Below, piece by piece: positions 22,092 to 32,270 of a DNA stretch of 64,000 nucleotides; the first letter of the stretch is position 1; every line of letters starts with the position of its first letter. The notes beneath the pieces are model-generated. The model searched no databases and was not told where the DNA came from. It saw only the letters and a list, made by a program, of their open reading frames with translations. The translations under genes were made by a program, and so were the position numbers. The DNA comes from Orbicella franksi (lineage: Eukaryota), in assembly GCA_964199315.1 (NCBI GenBank), contig OZ116707.1:17360001-17424000 (forward strand), written 5' to 3'.

Positions 22092-22706
22092 CTAATTTCG
22101 TACTCTAGTTGAAGTGCGAGCCACTCTAGGTGGACCACCGTCTTTATACGTGGTGGTGATGGTGTTAGTGGTTGTGATCCCCGCTATTCTTCGTCCTTCA
22201 GTCGTTTGTCGTTGGTCGTTCAGAAGAAGTTCCAATTGCCTTTGTAATTCGTCTTGATTCATTCTAGTAGTTCCCCACGTTGTAGAACTAGTACCAGCTG
22301 CAGTTCCAACGTTTCCAATGGGTTGTCTCTGTCTCGGCGAGGGTGTAGATCTTTGTCTACTCCCTGCTGAACTAGTACTTCTACTTCTACTTCTAGATCT
22401 ACTTCTACTACGACTTGTCGAAGCTACTCCAGCCTGAGTAGGAACGGTACCTACTCCAACCTGAGTAGGAACGGTCACTGTAGGTTGTGTTGTAGTTGCT
22501 ACACCTACCGAGGTGGGAATCGGAGCTACTATTGTAGGTGTAGCTGACGATCCAACTCCTACAGTAACAGGAGTAATGCTACTAAAGTCTATGTTTGAGC
22601 GTGCAAATAAAGGTGAGAAAGCCACTCCAATTCCAACAGGAGAAATTCTGGGAGAGGGAGTTCGACTTAGTGACCAACGTGGTGAAGGGGTCCTCGACGC
22701 TGCCAT
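22092..22706 (-). CDS. Low-complexity S/R/T/V-rich protein
   Basis: SRSRSRSRSRS run, VGV/TxQ repeats and SRTPSPR x2. Confidence 0.6.
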   Translation of the reverse strand: MAASRTPSPRWSLSRTPSPRISPVGIGVAFSPLFARSNIDFSSITPVTVGVGSSATPTIVAPIPTSVGVATTTQPTVTVPTQVGVGTVPTQAGVASTSRSRSRSRSRSRSTSSAGSRQRSTPSPRQRQPIGNVGTAAGTSSTTWGTTRMNQDELQRQLELLLNDQRQTTEGRRIAGITTTNTITTTYKDGGPPRVARTSTRVRN

Positions 22707-23350
22707 TCTATCTCAGCGATTCTAATACTTCTTTGAGGTCGTTTTCGTTTTTCACCAGGACTGGTGATCATAGATATGTTACTCTCGTCACTCTCGTAAC
22801 CGTCACTGTCCTCGTCACTGTCTTCCTCACCTCTTATACTCTTCTGAATCATGTCGTGCCACTCGTGCAATTCGTCAGTGAAATAGGTCTCATTATGCTC
22901 GTCAGCCAATTCACAGACTTCGGCTGGACAGACTGCCCATTTCATTTTTTTAAGAGCTGGATAATCAATGTCACCTAGGTTTGCAAGTTTGTAATTGGCT
23001 CTCAAAACATTCACGAATCTCTTGAACCAAGGAATTTTCACCCATCCCATGTCATTTCTGACTTCGTTCCTATGACAAAGATGCTGCTTGTGATCCTCCA
23101 TGTGTCTTGCTGTTTGGAGAGTTGCACCCTGTTCTAACCAGGTAGACAGAGTCTTATTGGTTCCATCATGTGGTTTAACCAATTCGTAGCTCTTAGGAGC
23201 ATGAATTTCCTTCAACACATCCTCAATAGGTCCTCTTTTAACTAACCATTTTTCCAAAATAGTGGGTGCATTGTCAATCGTTGATTCACACATCCTGTAA
23301 AAGTAGAGGTCACACTCGCTTGGAACGAAAGGGATGAATGATTTCGGCAA
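22667..23350 (-). CDS. Hypothetical protein with acidic C-terminal patch
   Basis: 227-aa ORF in the minus-strand block. Confidence 0.55.
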   Translation of the reverse strand: MPKSFIPFVPSECDLYFYRMCESTIDNAPTILEKWLVKRGPIEDVLKEIHAPKSYELVKPHDGTNKTLSTWLEQGATLQTARHMEDHKQHLCHRNEVRNDMGWVKIPWFKRFVNVLRANYKLANLGDIDYPALKKMKWAVCPAEVCELADEHNETYFTDELHEWHDMIQKSIRGEEDSDEDSDGYESDESNISMITSPGEKRKRPQRSIRIAEIEWQRRGPLHHVGH

Positions 23351-23417
23351 CGTGCTTGGCTTTCTTTATATCGCGTCTCAACTTCATACCCAAATTTGGA
23401 TATCCATTGATGTGATC

Positions 23418-23603
23418 CTATGCTGACCTAACGCTTGTTTTTTCTACTTCATTCATTATTCTACGTAAGTCTCTGATACCGTCACATTCTACTAGTAGTC
23501 TATTAACTACCTCGATTTCCCAGGGTGACGTGAGTAAATGCTGTTTTGTCTTTTCTAAAAAGAAGATGAAGTATGGCCACCACTCAAGCTCGCTTCTTAG
23601 CAT
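23418..23603 (-). CDS. Small hypothetical protein, paralog of 23638..23856
   Basis: VECDGIRDLRRIMNEVE versus YEAHGVRDLRRNVVEYE. Confidence 0.5.
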   Translation of the reverse strand: MLRSELEWWPYFIFFLEKTKQHLLTSPWEIEVVNRLLVECDGIRDLRRIMNEVEKTSVRSA

Positions 23604-23637
23604 GTTGGAACCAAGCTTTGTTGGTCAATCTCTGCTG

Positions 23638-23856
23638 TCAAATGAAGTGTTTCCACTTCGTGTCTCTAATCAAATACTCTATCACGTGTCTTGTTCGCTT
23701 TACCATGTGTTTTCTTTGTATGAAGGCTCTTTTCGCTTGGTCTTCATACTCCACGACATTTCTTCTCAAATCCCTCACTCCGTGAGCTTCATACAACACA
23801 AAATTAATAAAAGTTCTTTGTCTTCTTGTACATCCTTTGTCTCGATACTGACTCAA
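23638..23856 (-). CDS. Small hypothetical protein, paralog of 23418..23603
   Basis: Shares the G(V/I)RDLRR motif. Confidence 0.5.
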   Translation of the reverse strand: MSQYRDKGCTRRQRTFINFVLYEAHGVRDLRRNVVEYEDQAKRAFIQRKHMVKRTRHVIEYLIRDTKWKHFI

Positions 23857-23887
23857 AGCCCAAACGAAATCATTCCACTACCCATCT

Positions 23888-24568
23888 TCACTTCTCAACA
23901 TTTTGCTTGAACTGATAACAATGATTAGGACCTTCTGATTCTAATAGGTGACTCACCACTCTCACATTGTCAGGGGAACTGGGGTGAAAATCCAATGCCA
24001 TGTAACCATAAGGTCTTTGGGTTATTCGTTGGTATGTGGTTAGAACCTCCTTCCAACGCATGGGAAACGCTTGCGTCAGTAAATTTTGCAAACCCACATT
24101 ATCCCTAGGATTCTTGAAGGTGATGACGTAATGTGCGTTTCTTGAAATACTCTTGGCAAACTTTCCTGAAGGAAACATGTCCTGACTCAAATACATGACC
24201 GTAATATTGCGATGATGCGATTCTTTGGTAAAAAGATCCAAGACTCTCTTGTCTTTTCCTGCCTCCTCCATCAGATCGTCCATGATGAGTAAACCTCCTT
24301 TAGGAAACCATTTAGGTAATAACTTTGTGTCTGGAATACCCTGGTAAAATTTCACACCATTTTTCTTCATGGTGTCGTAACTCGGTTGCCAGATACTATA
24401 GCAAAAATAAATCGCTTTGGGTCTTCTCTTAAACAAGTGTAGGTTTTTCGTGACCAGTTCTGTCGTGAAAAACGTTTTTCCACTTCCACTAGGTCCAACA
24501 CACATGATACTCGAAGGAGTATGAAATTTAAAAGCAGAACATTTAGCCATACTTGACACACGTTCCAA
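23888..24568 (-). CDS. A32-like (FtsK/HerA) genome-packaging ATPase
   Basis: Walker A GPSGSGKT, Walker B LLIMDD, then SHHRNITVMYLSQD and ISRNAHYV..FKNPRD. Frame intact. Confidence 0.93.
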   Translation of the reverse strand: MERVSSMAKCSAFKFHTPSSIMCVGPSGSGKTFFTTELVTKNLHLFKRRPKAIYFCYSIWQPSYDTMKKNGVKFYQGIPDTKLLPKWFPKGGLLIMDDLMEEAGKDKRVLDLFTKESHHRNITVMYLSQDMFPSGKFAKSISRNAHYVITFKNPRDNVGLQNLLTQAFPMRWKEVLTTYQRITQRPYGYMALDFHPSSPDNVRVVSHLLESEGPNHCYQFKQNVEK

Positions 24569-24629
24569 ATGAAAGATCTACTATTCACTTTGAGTTTATA
24601 TGGATGTTTTTTTCATTTTTCAGGTTTTA

Positions 24630-24890
24630 ATGAGTCGTCCATGGGAATCCAGATTCTGTTTGTTCTGCTCGAAAGCATATTACGACCATCCCAATAGTGC
24701 CAACCGTGTTCATTGTGTCACCAAGACTCACTGCTGTGGGAGTTGGTTTCATTTCGGTTGCAGAATTTACGCAAATTTTGGATTACATCCCATTAATCAG
24801 TTTTGTCCCGTTTGCAAGACCGTCAATTTTGGTGAACCATTTTTGTTCCCTGACGAAGTACACGAACATCAACTCAAGAGTAAACTATAA
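24630..24890 (+). CDS. RING-like zinc finger protein
   Basis: CLFC...CCGSWFHFGC...CPVC. The ATG at 24630 follows a polypyrimidine-CAG site. Confidence 0.6.
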   Translation: MSRPWESRFCLFCSKAYYDHPNSANRVHCVTKTHCCGSWFHFGCRIYANFGLHPINQFCPVCKTVNFGEPFLFPDEVHEHQLKSKL

Positions 24891-24913
24891 AGTAAGTTTT
24901 TAATTTATAACCA

Positions 24914-25498
24914 TTACATCATGTACAAATAATGACATATACCCTGAGAAAGTCTAGTAGATTGTCTAAATTGATGTGCTTTTTCGCGAAACTTTCTTTC
25001 GTCCACTATCAGTTTCTCTAACATTCTTCCTATCTTATTGTTGTTCCATTTGTAATCTCTTTGAGTAAACATGTCCTGAAAGTCATTCATGCTTTTTCCC
25101 TGGGCTCTGTTCAACAAAAAGAAGGCATAGTCTCCACAACTTTTACTACTAAGAGACTGAAGGGCATGTGCGTTTCTCCTGACATTCATCTTCCACCATT
25201 TTTCCAACCATGCATAAAGAGGATCCGTTGTTTTTTCTCCGTACACGTCTAAAGGTACTGCATAACTATCAAAGATTTCACATACTCCATCATGTGTCCA
25301 AAGAGCTATCCAGTGTTCACCAGGTTGACCTGCTGGATCTGTGTTCACGATGTAGGCAGCCGGTCTATTTTTAACGGGTTTCCTGGGTAATTCGTCACAG
25401 GCATAAGTTCCTTCGTAATACTGTTGTAATATTGGTTGACTTGCAACACGTTCATTTAATTGAGTGTCAGTCAGAGCAATCTTTTGCATAGTTAACAC
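24914..25498 (-). CDS. Adenain-like (C5/Ulp1 clan) maturation cysteine protease
   Basis: IVNTDPAGQPGEHWIAL (His), FDSY (Asp) and LQSLSSKSCG (Gln, Cys). Confidence 0.92.
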   Translation of the reverse strand: MLTMQKIALTDTQLNERVASQPILQQYYEGTYACDELPRKPVKNRPAAYIVNTDPAGQPGEHWIALWTHDGVCEIFDSYAVPLDVYGEKTTDPLYAWLEKWWKMNVRRNAHALQSLSSKSCGDYAFFLLNRAQGKSMNDFQDMFTQRDYKWNNNKIGRMLEKLIVDERKFREKAHQFRQSTRLSQGICHYLYMM

Positions 25499-26877
25499 TG
25501 ATACACGTCGTAAGTGACGGCTTTGTTCTTGTCGATTTCCAAGAGATTCTCAAATTTGGCAATCAAGATAACCATGAAGTTAGCTGGTGGATTCCCTCCA
25601 AAGTTGAGAATGTAGCGGATTTCTCCCAACTGCTTTGGATTCAGGACTGAACTGAAGAGATCACCATTGGCTGCATTGTTAAAACAGAAGAGTGTGCAGT
25701 TTCTATTTGTACCCCAGTCTTTCTCCGTCAACATGTTTCCTCGATCCTTTTTCAAACATTCGGTGGCTTGGAGAAATCGAAAATAGCCTCGATTGTCCAA
25801 GTCATCACCATCGTGCTTGATTTCTAAGGTTTCATCCGGGTGTTCCTCTCCTCTGAAGAGTTGCTTGATACTTGCCAAATTCATTTTTTGAAAGCAAAAG
25901 GGATCTCGAGTGTAATCACCATTGAAGGCTCGGGTGTCCACCAATGCCATTACCACCAAGTTGGGTCCTCTACCCTGCCAAGGGTTGTTGATTTCGTATT
26001 GTCTTCTGTCATTTGCAAAACTGTCAGTTCTGATCTCACTCCTGACCGTGGGGTAACTCACTACCTTCAAGGATTCCATCTTGACCGCCAATTCTCGGTA
26101 AATGTCTGGGTTGATTCAGAGTTGACAGAGAACCAAGCTCACCTTGATGTCGGCTTCAGCCAGTCTTGTTGCTATACCTCCAACAGAACTCCAGTAGAAG
26201 TCAGGATTGTTGAAGTAAATCTGTAAGTCAATCTGTATGCCTGGTATCAACAGCTTGTTCAAATTGAACAGTTCCGAGTGAGGTTTGAATCTCATGATGT
26301 TTTTCTTGCCTCCTACATATTTGCTTCGTTCACCTCGTGCTTTGTCGATGCTTGTTTTTTGATTCTCAGATAAAGCTTGCCAATGTGCATGATCACTGTC
26401 TTTATCTAAATTGTTTGCTGTGTATTGTGGAGGGACGTCCACCTAGTTTTGCCATCCCTCGGGAGTCAGGATTGTTTTACCATCTTGTCGGTCGTGGTGA
26501 AGTAAAGTCTCGATGTAAGCTTTGTACACATACATGTCCGATTGTTCACTAATCAAGGTTTGATTCAATCGGACATTGAGCTGTTTGATCATGGAATGAG
26601 CCAGGTTGTTCACTGGAAACGTGTTCTCGACAGCCACCAAATTACCTCCAGCAGCTTTCTTGAAACCCACTTCAAACTCAAAGTAACTCTGGGTAAAGTC
26701 GATGTAGTCTTCCTGAGGATCGATCTGAAACGTCACTGGATTAATTCCAGTGGTGAACGGATTGATTTTTACATATCGCTTACTGTAAACACTAACATCC
26801 GTCGGTGGAATCATAAAGAGATTCAGTGATGGATTTGACACTGTTGCCGAACCTGCGTGAGGCGCAATGTCCGACAT
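25492..26877 (-). pseudogene. Double-jelly-roll major capsid protein, one frame with two premature stops (26443 TAG, 26116 TGA)
   Basis: Three collinear in-frame ORFs: LNLFMIPPTD..., NNLAHSMIKQLNVRLN...YKAYIETLL, and RGPNLVVMALVD..AFNGDY..DPFCFQ...EIDKNKAV. This is the typical Polinton MCP pattern. Confidence 0.88.
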
Positions 26878-26889
26878 GATCTATCTTCT

Positions 26890-27228
26890 TCATCTTCGAC
26901 CTCTCTTAGCTTTTGTCTTCACTGTTCGACGTTTCCTACGGTGTGATAATCCACCACCTCGTTGTCTTCCTTTATAATACTTGTAGTTATCGTTTATTCC
27001 TTTGAATGCTTGACCACCCAATTTCAAACCCAACGAAGCAAAGGACGGTGCAGGACCAGACAAAAACATGCTGGCTCCTTCGACAATCTTATCTACCAAT
27101 CGTCGTTTGTTTCGTTTCATGGCTCCACCTCGTTGAGATCGTCTTTTACCATGAGTCATGATAGGTGGAACCCTGAGAACTCTTTGGGAATAGATGGGAT
27201 TCATCGGAGGAAGAAATGCGGTGTTCAT
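26890..27228 (-). CDS. Basic core-like protein with two QRGG motifs
   Basis: RRSQRGGAM and RQRGGGL, with an R/K-rich tail. Lies between the capsid genes. Confidence 0.6.
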   Translation of the reverse strand: MNTAFLPPMNPIYSQRVLRVPPIMTHGKRRSQRGGAMKRNKRRLVDKIVEGASMFLSGPAPSFASLGLKLGGQAFKGINDNYKYYKGRQRGGGLSHRRKRRTVKTKAKRGRR

Positions 27229-27488
27229 GGTCCAAAGATGTCTTTGATTTTCCTTTTGACTCTTTTGTGTGCACGGTCAGCTAAATTGTCGGCTTTTCGT
27301 TTAGCAGCTTTTCTAACTCCTGTCTTTACACCACGAACAGCACCTGGTATGTTAGGTACAAAAGGAAATCCACCCGTTTTTAAACCTTTCCAACCTTCCA
27401 AGGCAGCTGCTTTAGTAAAATCTTGTATGAATCCACTTCCCTTTTGTACCTGATCAGGATGAAACCTCGTTAAACCAGAACCTTTCAT
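27225..27488 (-). CDS. Small basic core-like protein with KGSG motifs
   Basis: MKGSGL and VQKGSGF, with a basic C-terminus. Confidence 0.6.
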   Translation of the reverse strand: MKGSGLTRFHPDQVQKGSGFIQDFTKAAALEGWKGLKTGGFPFVPNIPGAVRGVKTGVRKAAKRKADNLADRAHKRVKRKIKDIFGP

Positions 27489-28607
27489 TGCTTAACTAAG
27501 TGAATCGTGACGGTTGTGTTTCCAGCTCCAAGTTGAACCAATTGACCATCGATTTCACTCACCTCCACTTTTATAATCTCGAGCGTGTGTTTTCGAAGTG
27601 GAACGTAATGGATGTGAACCGGTTCGAAGTATTGAATGCCTTTTCCAACTCTTTGATAACTAAACTCTCGAAACAAATCGGTCACTTGGTTTCCCACAAA
27701 CGAACTACTAGCAACATCACTGTATATCATGAGGGAACAAGAACTACTTCCCACGGCATTATTGAAGGCTGCATTCAAATTGATGAATCGCCAGTTACAC
27801 CTGTAACTAAGCCTCAGCATGTTCCCATGATCCTGTGGTCCGTAGTAACTGTCATCCCCCGTGTAAAAAATGCGTTGACAATAATTAGTAGAGTTGGAGT
27901 TATTTTCATAAAGATCGCCTGGATCAGACGAGTCCTGAAGATTCGGAACCAAGTAAGGGTCAAAGAGTTCTTGCTTCAAGTTGGGTCCTAGGTGATACAC
28001 GCCCCTAGAGTCTGTCGTTATCCATCCCATTTTTTTTAGCCAAGTCTTTTTCTATGTAAAAGTAGGGGTGGGCCGCTCTCGAAGAAGAGCGGTTTCCTCT
28101 GTACACATTTTCGTTATCCGTTACCAATTCGTCTCCTTCCCACTTGAACTTCCAGAAAAGTGATTTCTCTTGACCTTGTGAGTTGGTTTGAGAAAACTTT
28201 TCATCATCTGCTCCCACCAAGTCACCAATTCTATCTTTGTCAAAAAAATTGGTCACCAATTTCATGAACTCCACTCCATTCACATCTGGAGACAACTCTT
28301 GCAGTTTTGCGTGACTGTAAAGACTGTGCTTAAGATTAGTAGGCTGAGCACCGGAGGGGGCAGTCGTGGAAGTCAACAAATAGCCTACTCTAAACAAATC
28401 CTGTTCGTCAGGATTCAATTTGAGGTGAAACAAACTAGAATCAGGTAATGAAACACTACTGAGTCCCGCTTTCCATCGTCCTTCCAGAATGATCTGACGA
28501 GGTAATCTGTTTTGAAAACTGTTCGCCTTGTTGCTGGGAAATTCGAGAGTCGAAGAATTACTCAACAACGTGAGGTAAAAGTCGTCGCTTGTTGCACCTG
28601 TCTCCAT
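27485..28607 (-). pseudogene. Minor capsid (penton) protein, frameshift near 28020
   Basis: N-terminal DFYLTLLSNSS...FPSNKANSFQNRLP...WKAGLSSVSLP. C-terminal LMIYSDV...VGNQ..DLFRE...YVPLRKHTLEIIKVEV..T.VTIHL. Confidence 0.85.
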
Positions 28608-28638
28608 ACTTGTTTCAAATGAAAAACTCTGGTTGTAT

Positions 28639-29718
28639 TCACACCTTTACATAGACTGACTTCTTTGGAATCCAACTGTCGTATTTAGCAGGCCAACCTT
28701 TCCACCGTACGAGAACCTTGGTACCCTTTTGCTTGATAATTTTCTCAACTCTAAACAAGTCGTCATTGGACACATTGAGTTTCTGTAAATCCTCTTCGTA
28801 AAAAGTACCCTCCAAGGGTTCACCGTTCCATTCTTTCAACTTGTAAGTAGGTACAACTCCACGATTCACTCGAGTCACGATAAACACCTCCTCGGTCCAT
28901 CCGGGGAGATAACCTTTCTTGAAAGGACGATGCTTTTTGTTCAATCACACTTTGTTGTTTTTCTTGAACTTACTCTTTCTTTTCTTAGAACTCAATCGAT
29001 TAAGGTACAAATTGTTCCACACTTCTAATTCGTTCTTGTTCGACACTTTCTTTGGGGCCATCTTAATGCTCCTGTGGTTCAAAGCATTGTAACCGCTCAC
29101 CAGTTTCTGCAAGACGCCGAGAAACGAAAGACTGTTCTTCACCGTAAAGTAACGGTACAATCGTTCTTTAAAAGTTTGATTGAAACGCTCAACCACAGCC
29201 GCCTTTGCATCCCCACTGGTAGCAAAATGGTGAATGTTCTTTTGCTTCAAGAAGGTCTGAAAGGTCTTGTTGTAAAATTCCTTACCGTCGTCCGTTTGTA
29301 AATTGACAGGTTTTCTCCCTTTACTTCTTTTCAATATTTTCTTGAAACCCTCTGTCACGACTTGACCCGTCTTAGATTTAAGGGGTTCCACCCAAGCAAA
29401 TTTCGAAAACACGTCAATCACCGTCAGGAGGTACTTGGTTCCTTCATTGTACCTGGAAATGTTAGCAACTTCTACCAAATCTGCTGCCCACTGCTGATTG
29501 ATACCAAATACCATCACCGGGGAAGTTTCAAAGTGACGATGTCTAGGTTTATGTAACGTGTACCCCAAATCTGCTTCCAAAGCTTTTCGAGCCAAAGACA
29601 CAGGAATCTTGTTGGCTTTAGCAAAACGACTCAACCCACCTAAACTACCGGGTTTCGTAGGATCTCTATACAAACGTTGCACCTGAGCTAAGGAAATGGA
29701 TTTCTTCTTGAACTTCAT
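28639..29718 (-). pseudogene. Retroviral-like (rve) integrase with C-terminal chromodomain; one premature TGA at 28945-28947
   Basis: QWAADLVE, TVIDVFSK, LQTDDGKEF and VVERFNQT. In frame after the stop: GYLPGWTEEVF and FRVEKII...VLVRWKGWPAKYDSWIP. Confidence 0.92.
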
Positions 29719-30017
29719 GGTGTACAGCAATTCACACGGAAGACAGAAATTTTCCAAGCGTAAGGATGCGCTGCTATGATTCTTTGACACTGATAATAGG
29801 GAAACGGTTGCTTTTCTAGCCAAAGACAAAATACGATGAATCTAAAAACGCTACCCTCCAAAGGTCTCAGTTCTTCAAACTCGTAAACGGGGTCGTCACT
29901 GTACTCATTCAGTACAAGTTTGTATTCATCTTTTTTGCATGCAAGAAGAATTCTTTTACATTTATCACACGTATCGCTCCAATCCTCACAAGAGTAATGA
30001 GACAAGAACGAACCCAT
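29715..30017 (-). CDS. Small Cys-containing hypothetical protein
   Basis: DTCDKC motif; resembles the neighbouring ORF. Confidence 0.4.
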   Translation of the reverse strand: MGSFLSHYSCEDWSDTCDKCKRILLACKKDEYKLVLNEYSDDPVYEFEELRPLEGSVFRFIVFCLWLEKQPFPYYQCQRIIAAHPYAWKISVFRVNCCTP

Positions 30018-30076
30018 GTTGTCAAATGACTTTTAATCAAACTAACGTTTGCATTTACAGTTTACCTCAGATCAAA

Positions 30077-30307
30077 TCAAAACTTAAGTGTGACCGAAGC
30101 CTCTTCAAAGTCAAAAACATCGAATTGAAAATATTTACATTGTTTTCTACTATTTTCACAATTGGGATGCCATTTTAAGGCTTCATCATAGTCACTGTAA
30201 TACAGAGCTTTTTTCAAATCCTCCTCACACTCATCACACAGTTTTTGGTCATCACTCCTTTCGGCATAAAAGAAACGGTCTTTCCACGTTTCAATGTTCT
30301 GAAACAA
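30077..30307 (-). CDS. Small Cys-containing hypothetical protein
   Basis: KLCDEC motif. Confidence 0.4.
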   Translation of the reverse strand: MFQNIETWKDRFFYAERSDDQKLCDECEEDLKKALYYSDYDEALKWHPNCENSRKQCKYFQFDVFDFEEASVTLKF

Positions 30308-30341
30308 TCCGACGAAAGTGTTCTCAATAGAGACATCTAGT

Positions 30342-30938
30342 TCATAATTGGAACAGGGTGTAGGTAACCTGAATACCCAGTTGTTCCTGATTGGAAATCC
30401 TGTGAGTCACATTGGTCGAGATGTGATGAGCTCGACGAGCTGGTGTGAGAAGCTCTTCAATGGCATTCTTGCTATTCCAAATGATAGCCTGAGTGGCAAA
30501 CAAGATATCACCTCTACTGATTTCTGATGGCTTGTAAGCAGATTTAGTGAAATGGATGGTATCCGTTTCAATGTCGTAGCTCACATGCCATATGGTATCA
30601 AAAAAGAACAAACCAAGGGGATTTCCACCAGGTTGATGCTGTTGTATGATGAAGGGGATGACGGTGTTCTTCCATGAAGGTCTCTTTTGCTCCAACTCAC
30701 TCACTTTCATCTTGAAATCTTCAGCAAAACGATTGTTCAAAAAGTCAAAGATGAACAGATCACCTTTGTCTGGTCCCTCCAAACTTCCAAACATTGGATG
30801 CACTGCAATCTCTATGTAATCCTTGACCAAGTCATAAATCTGGTTACTATTGGTGTACAACATAACATCACCCTCACAGTTCTTTACTGTGTTATCAAAA
30901 CAAGACATAATGCAAAACTGAAATCTAACGTCGTGCAA
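30342..30938 (-). CDS. Hypothetical protein
   Basis: 198-aa ORF; probable ATG at MSCFDN. Confidence 0.55.
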   Translation of the reverse strand: MHDVRFQFCIMSCFDNTVKNCEGDVMLYTNSNQIYDLVKDYIEIAVHPMFGSLEGPDKGDLFIFDFLNNRFAEDFKMKVSELEQKRPSWKNTVIPFIIQQHQPGGNPLGLFFFDTIWHVSYDIETDTIHFTKSAYKPSEISRGDILFATQAIIWNSKNAIEELLTPARRAHHISTNVTHRISNQEQLGIQVTYTLFQL

Positions 30939-31110
30939 CTAGTGTCACTGAAGACCAAAGGTAAACTGATTTTTTACCGTCAAAAGATTCCAATATATTA
31001 CAAATCATGACATCGTGGATTGGTCGAAAAGTGTGATGACGTGGTAGTCACATGGGAATACACTCACGGTTCCCATCTTCATCCAACCCTTGGGAAATTA
31101 GAAAGTGTTG

Positions 31111-31467
31111 TTAGTGTTGTCGGCAAACCTCATCTTCCTTTGCCTCTGCCTCTCTTGCCTCTTCTTCCTCTTCCACGGTCACCTCATATTTTTCCACAGA
31201 CATCACATTTTTTGTCAGTACCAGTTCATCATTGAACTTCACACCCAGTGCATCATAATATGCACCCACCGAATCCAGATGAGGATGATGAGCACGATTG
31301 CCCCAGTCGATCAAGTGACGTTGCATACGATAGTACAAACCCGTCACCAAACCAAACTCCAACTCAAACCGACGGTGCTGTTCGTCTCTTAAACTGCTTT
31401 GTCTTATGCAACTGAAGCTTCTCGTTGAATTCACAAACCCACTTCTCCAAATCCTCTTCAATCTCAT
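31111..31467 (-). CDS. Hypothetical protein, paralog of 31364..31849 (5' part in another frame)
   Basis: LEFGLVTGLYYRMQRHLIDWG versus LEFGVASPIYHFLQKQLCEWG. Confidence 0.5.
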   Translation of the reverse strand: MRLKRIWRSGFVNSTRSFSCIRQSSLRDEQHRRFELEFGLVTGLYYRMQRHLIDWGNRAHHPHLDSVGAYYDALGVKFNDELVLTKNVMSVEKYEVTVEEEEEAREAEAKEDEVCRQH

Positions 31468-31849
31468 CCAGGTCTTCTTTCTTCAACTTTCGTCCCTTGT
31501 GAATTGGGAATTTATTTCCATCGTAGTCATCCAGTTCTTTTTTCTTCACCTGTTGTTTGTTGTAGAGTAGAGTGGGTTGATACTTTGTAATATCATCTGC
31601 CGTTGGTACCAAGTGAAAACCTTTCTTACCCCACTCACACAGCTGCTTCTGAAGAAAGTGATAGATAGGAGAGGCCACACCAAACTCTAGGTGATACATC
31701 TTGTCTTCGTTTCTCTCCAACTTTTTAAGAGCCCGTAGGTTATCCTGTGCACTTCCCAAGTACAATTGGAAGGCTGCAAGTCTGCAAAAGACATCATAGT
31801 CCTCCACAGTCTTCTCTTCAAGCTTTACCGTGGTCTTACTGTCAGACAT
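31364..31849 (-). CDS. Hypothetical protein, paralog of 31111..31467
   Basis: 161-aa ATG ORF sharing the LEFG...WG motif. Confidence 0.6.
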   Translation of the reverse strand: MSDSKTTVKLEEKTVEDYDVFCRLAAFQLYLGSAQDNLRALKKLERNEDKMYHLEFGVASPIYHFLQKQLCEWGKKGFHLVPTADDITKYQPTLLYNKQQVKKKELDDYDGNKFPIHKGRKLKKEDLDEIEEDLEKWVCEFNEKLQLHKTKQFKRRTAPSV

Positions 31850-31952
31850 TTTTTCAAGTATAACGAAAAGAAAAAATACTCATCTCTTATGTAGAGAAAA
31901 GATTCGTTCTGATTGGTGTATACTTGATTTCCATACATGGTCATGAAGTGTT

Positions 31953-32246
31953 GTGAATGGTCAGAATATAAATCTCATCACTGATTGGACACTCATTATT
32001 ATAAAAAAGCTCAATCATATTCAACATTTTCACTGTTCGCTCATTGCAGACATGTCGCTCAATCACATGGTGAAAGTAGAAGAGTACGAAGAAGCCGGTG
32101 AAAACCTTCAGATGTTTTCAAAACACGTGCAGCCATTTGCAAGACCCAATGAATCTTCCAAGCGAAAGAGAAAGAAGCTCAGTACCAAAAAAGAACCCCA
32201 GCCAAAAGTATCCAAAGGAGGTGAGCAAAGTAGTATAACAAAATAG
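31953..32246 (+). CDS. Small basic hypothetical protein
   Basis: NLS-like KRKRKK; start uncertain. Confidence 0.35.
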   Translation: MNGQNINLITDWTLIIIKKLNHIQHFHCSLIADMSLNHMVKVEEYEEAGENLQMFSKHVQPFARPNESSKRKRKKLSTKKEPQPKVSKGGEQSSITK

Positions 32247-32270
32247 CTACAACAAACAAGCAGATTCCAA

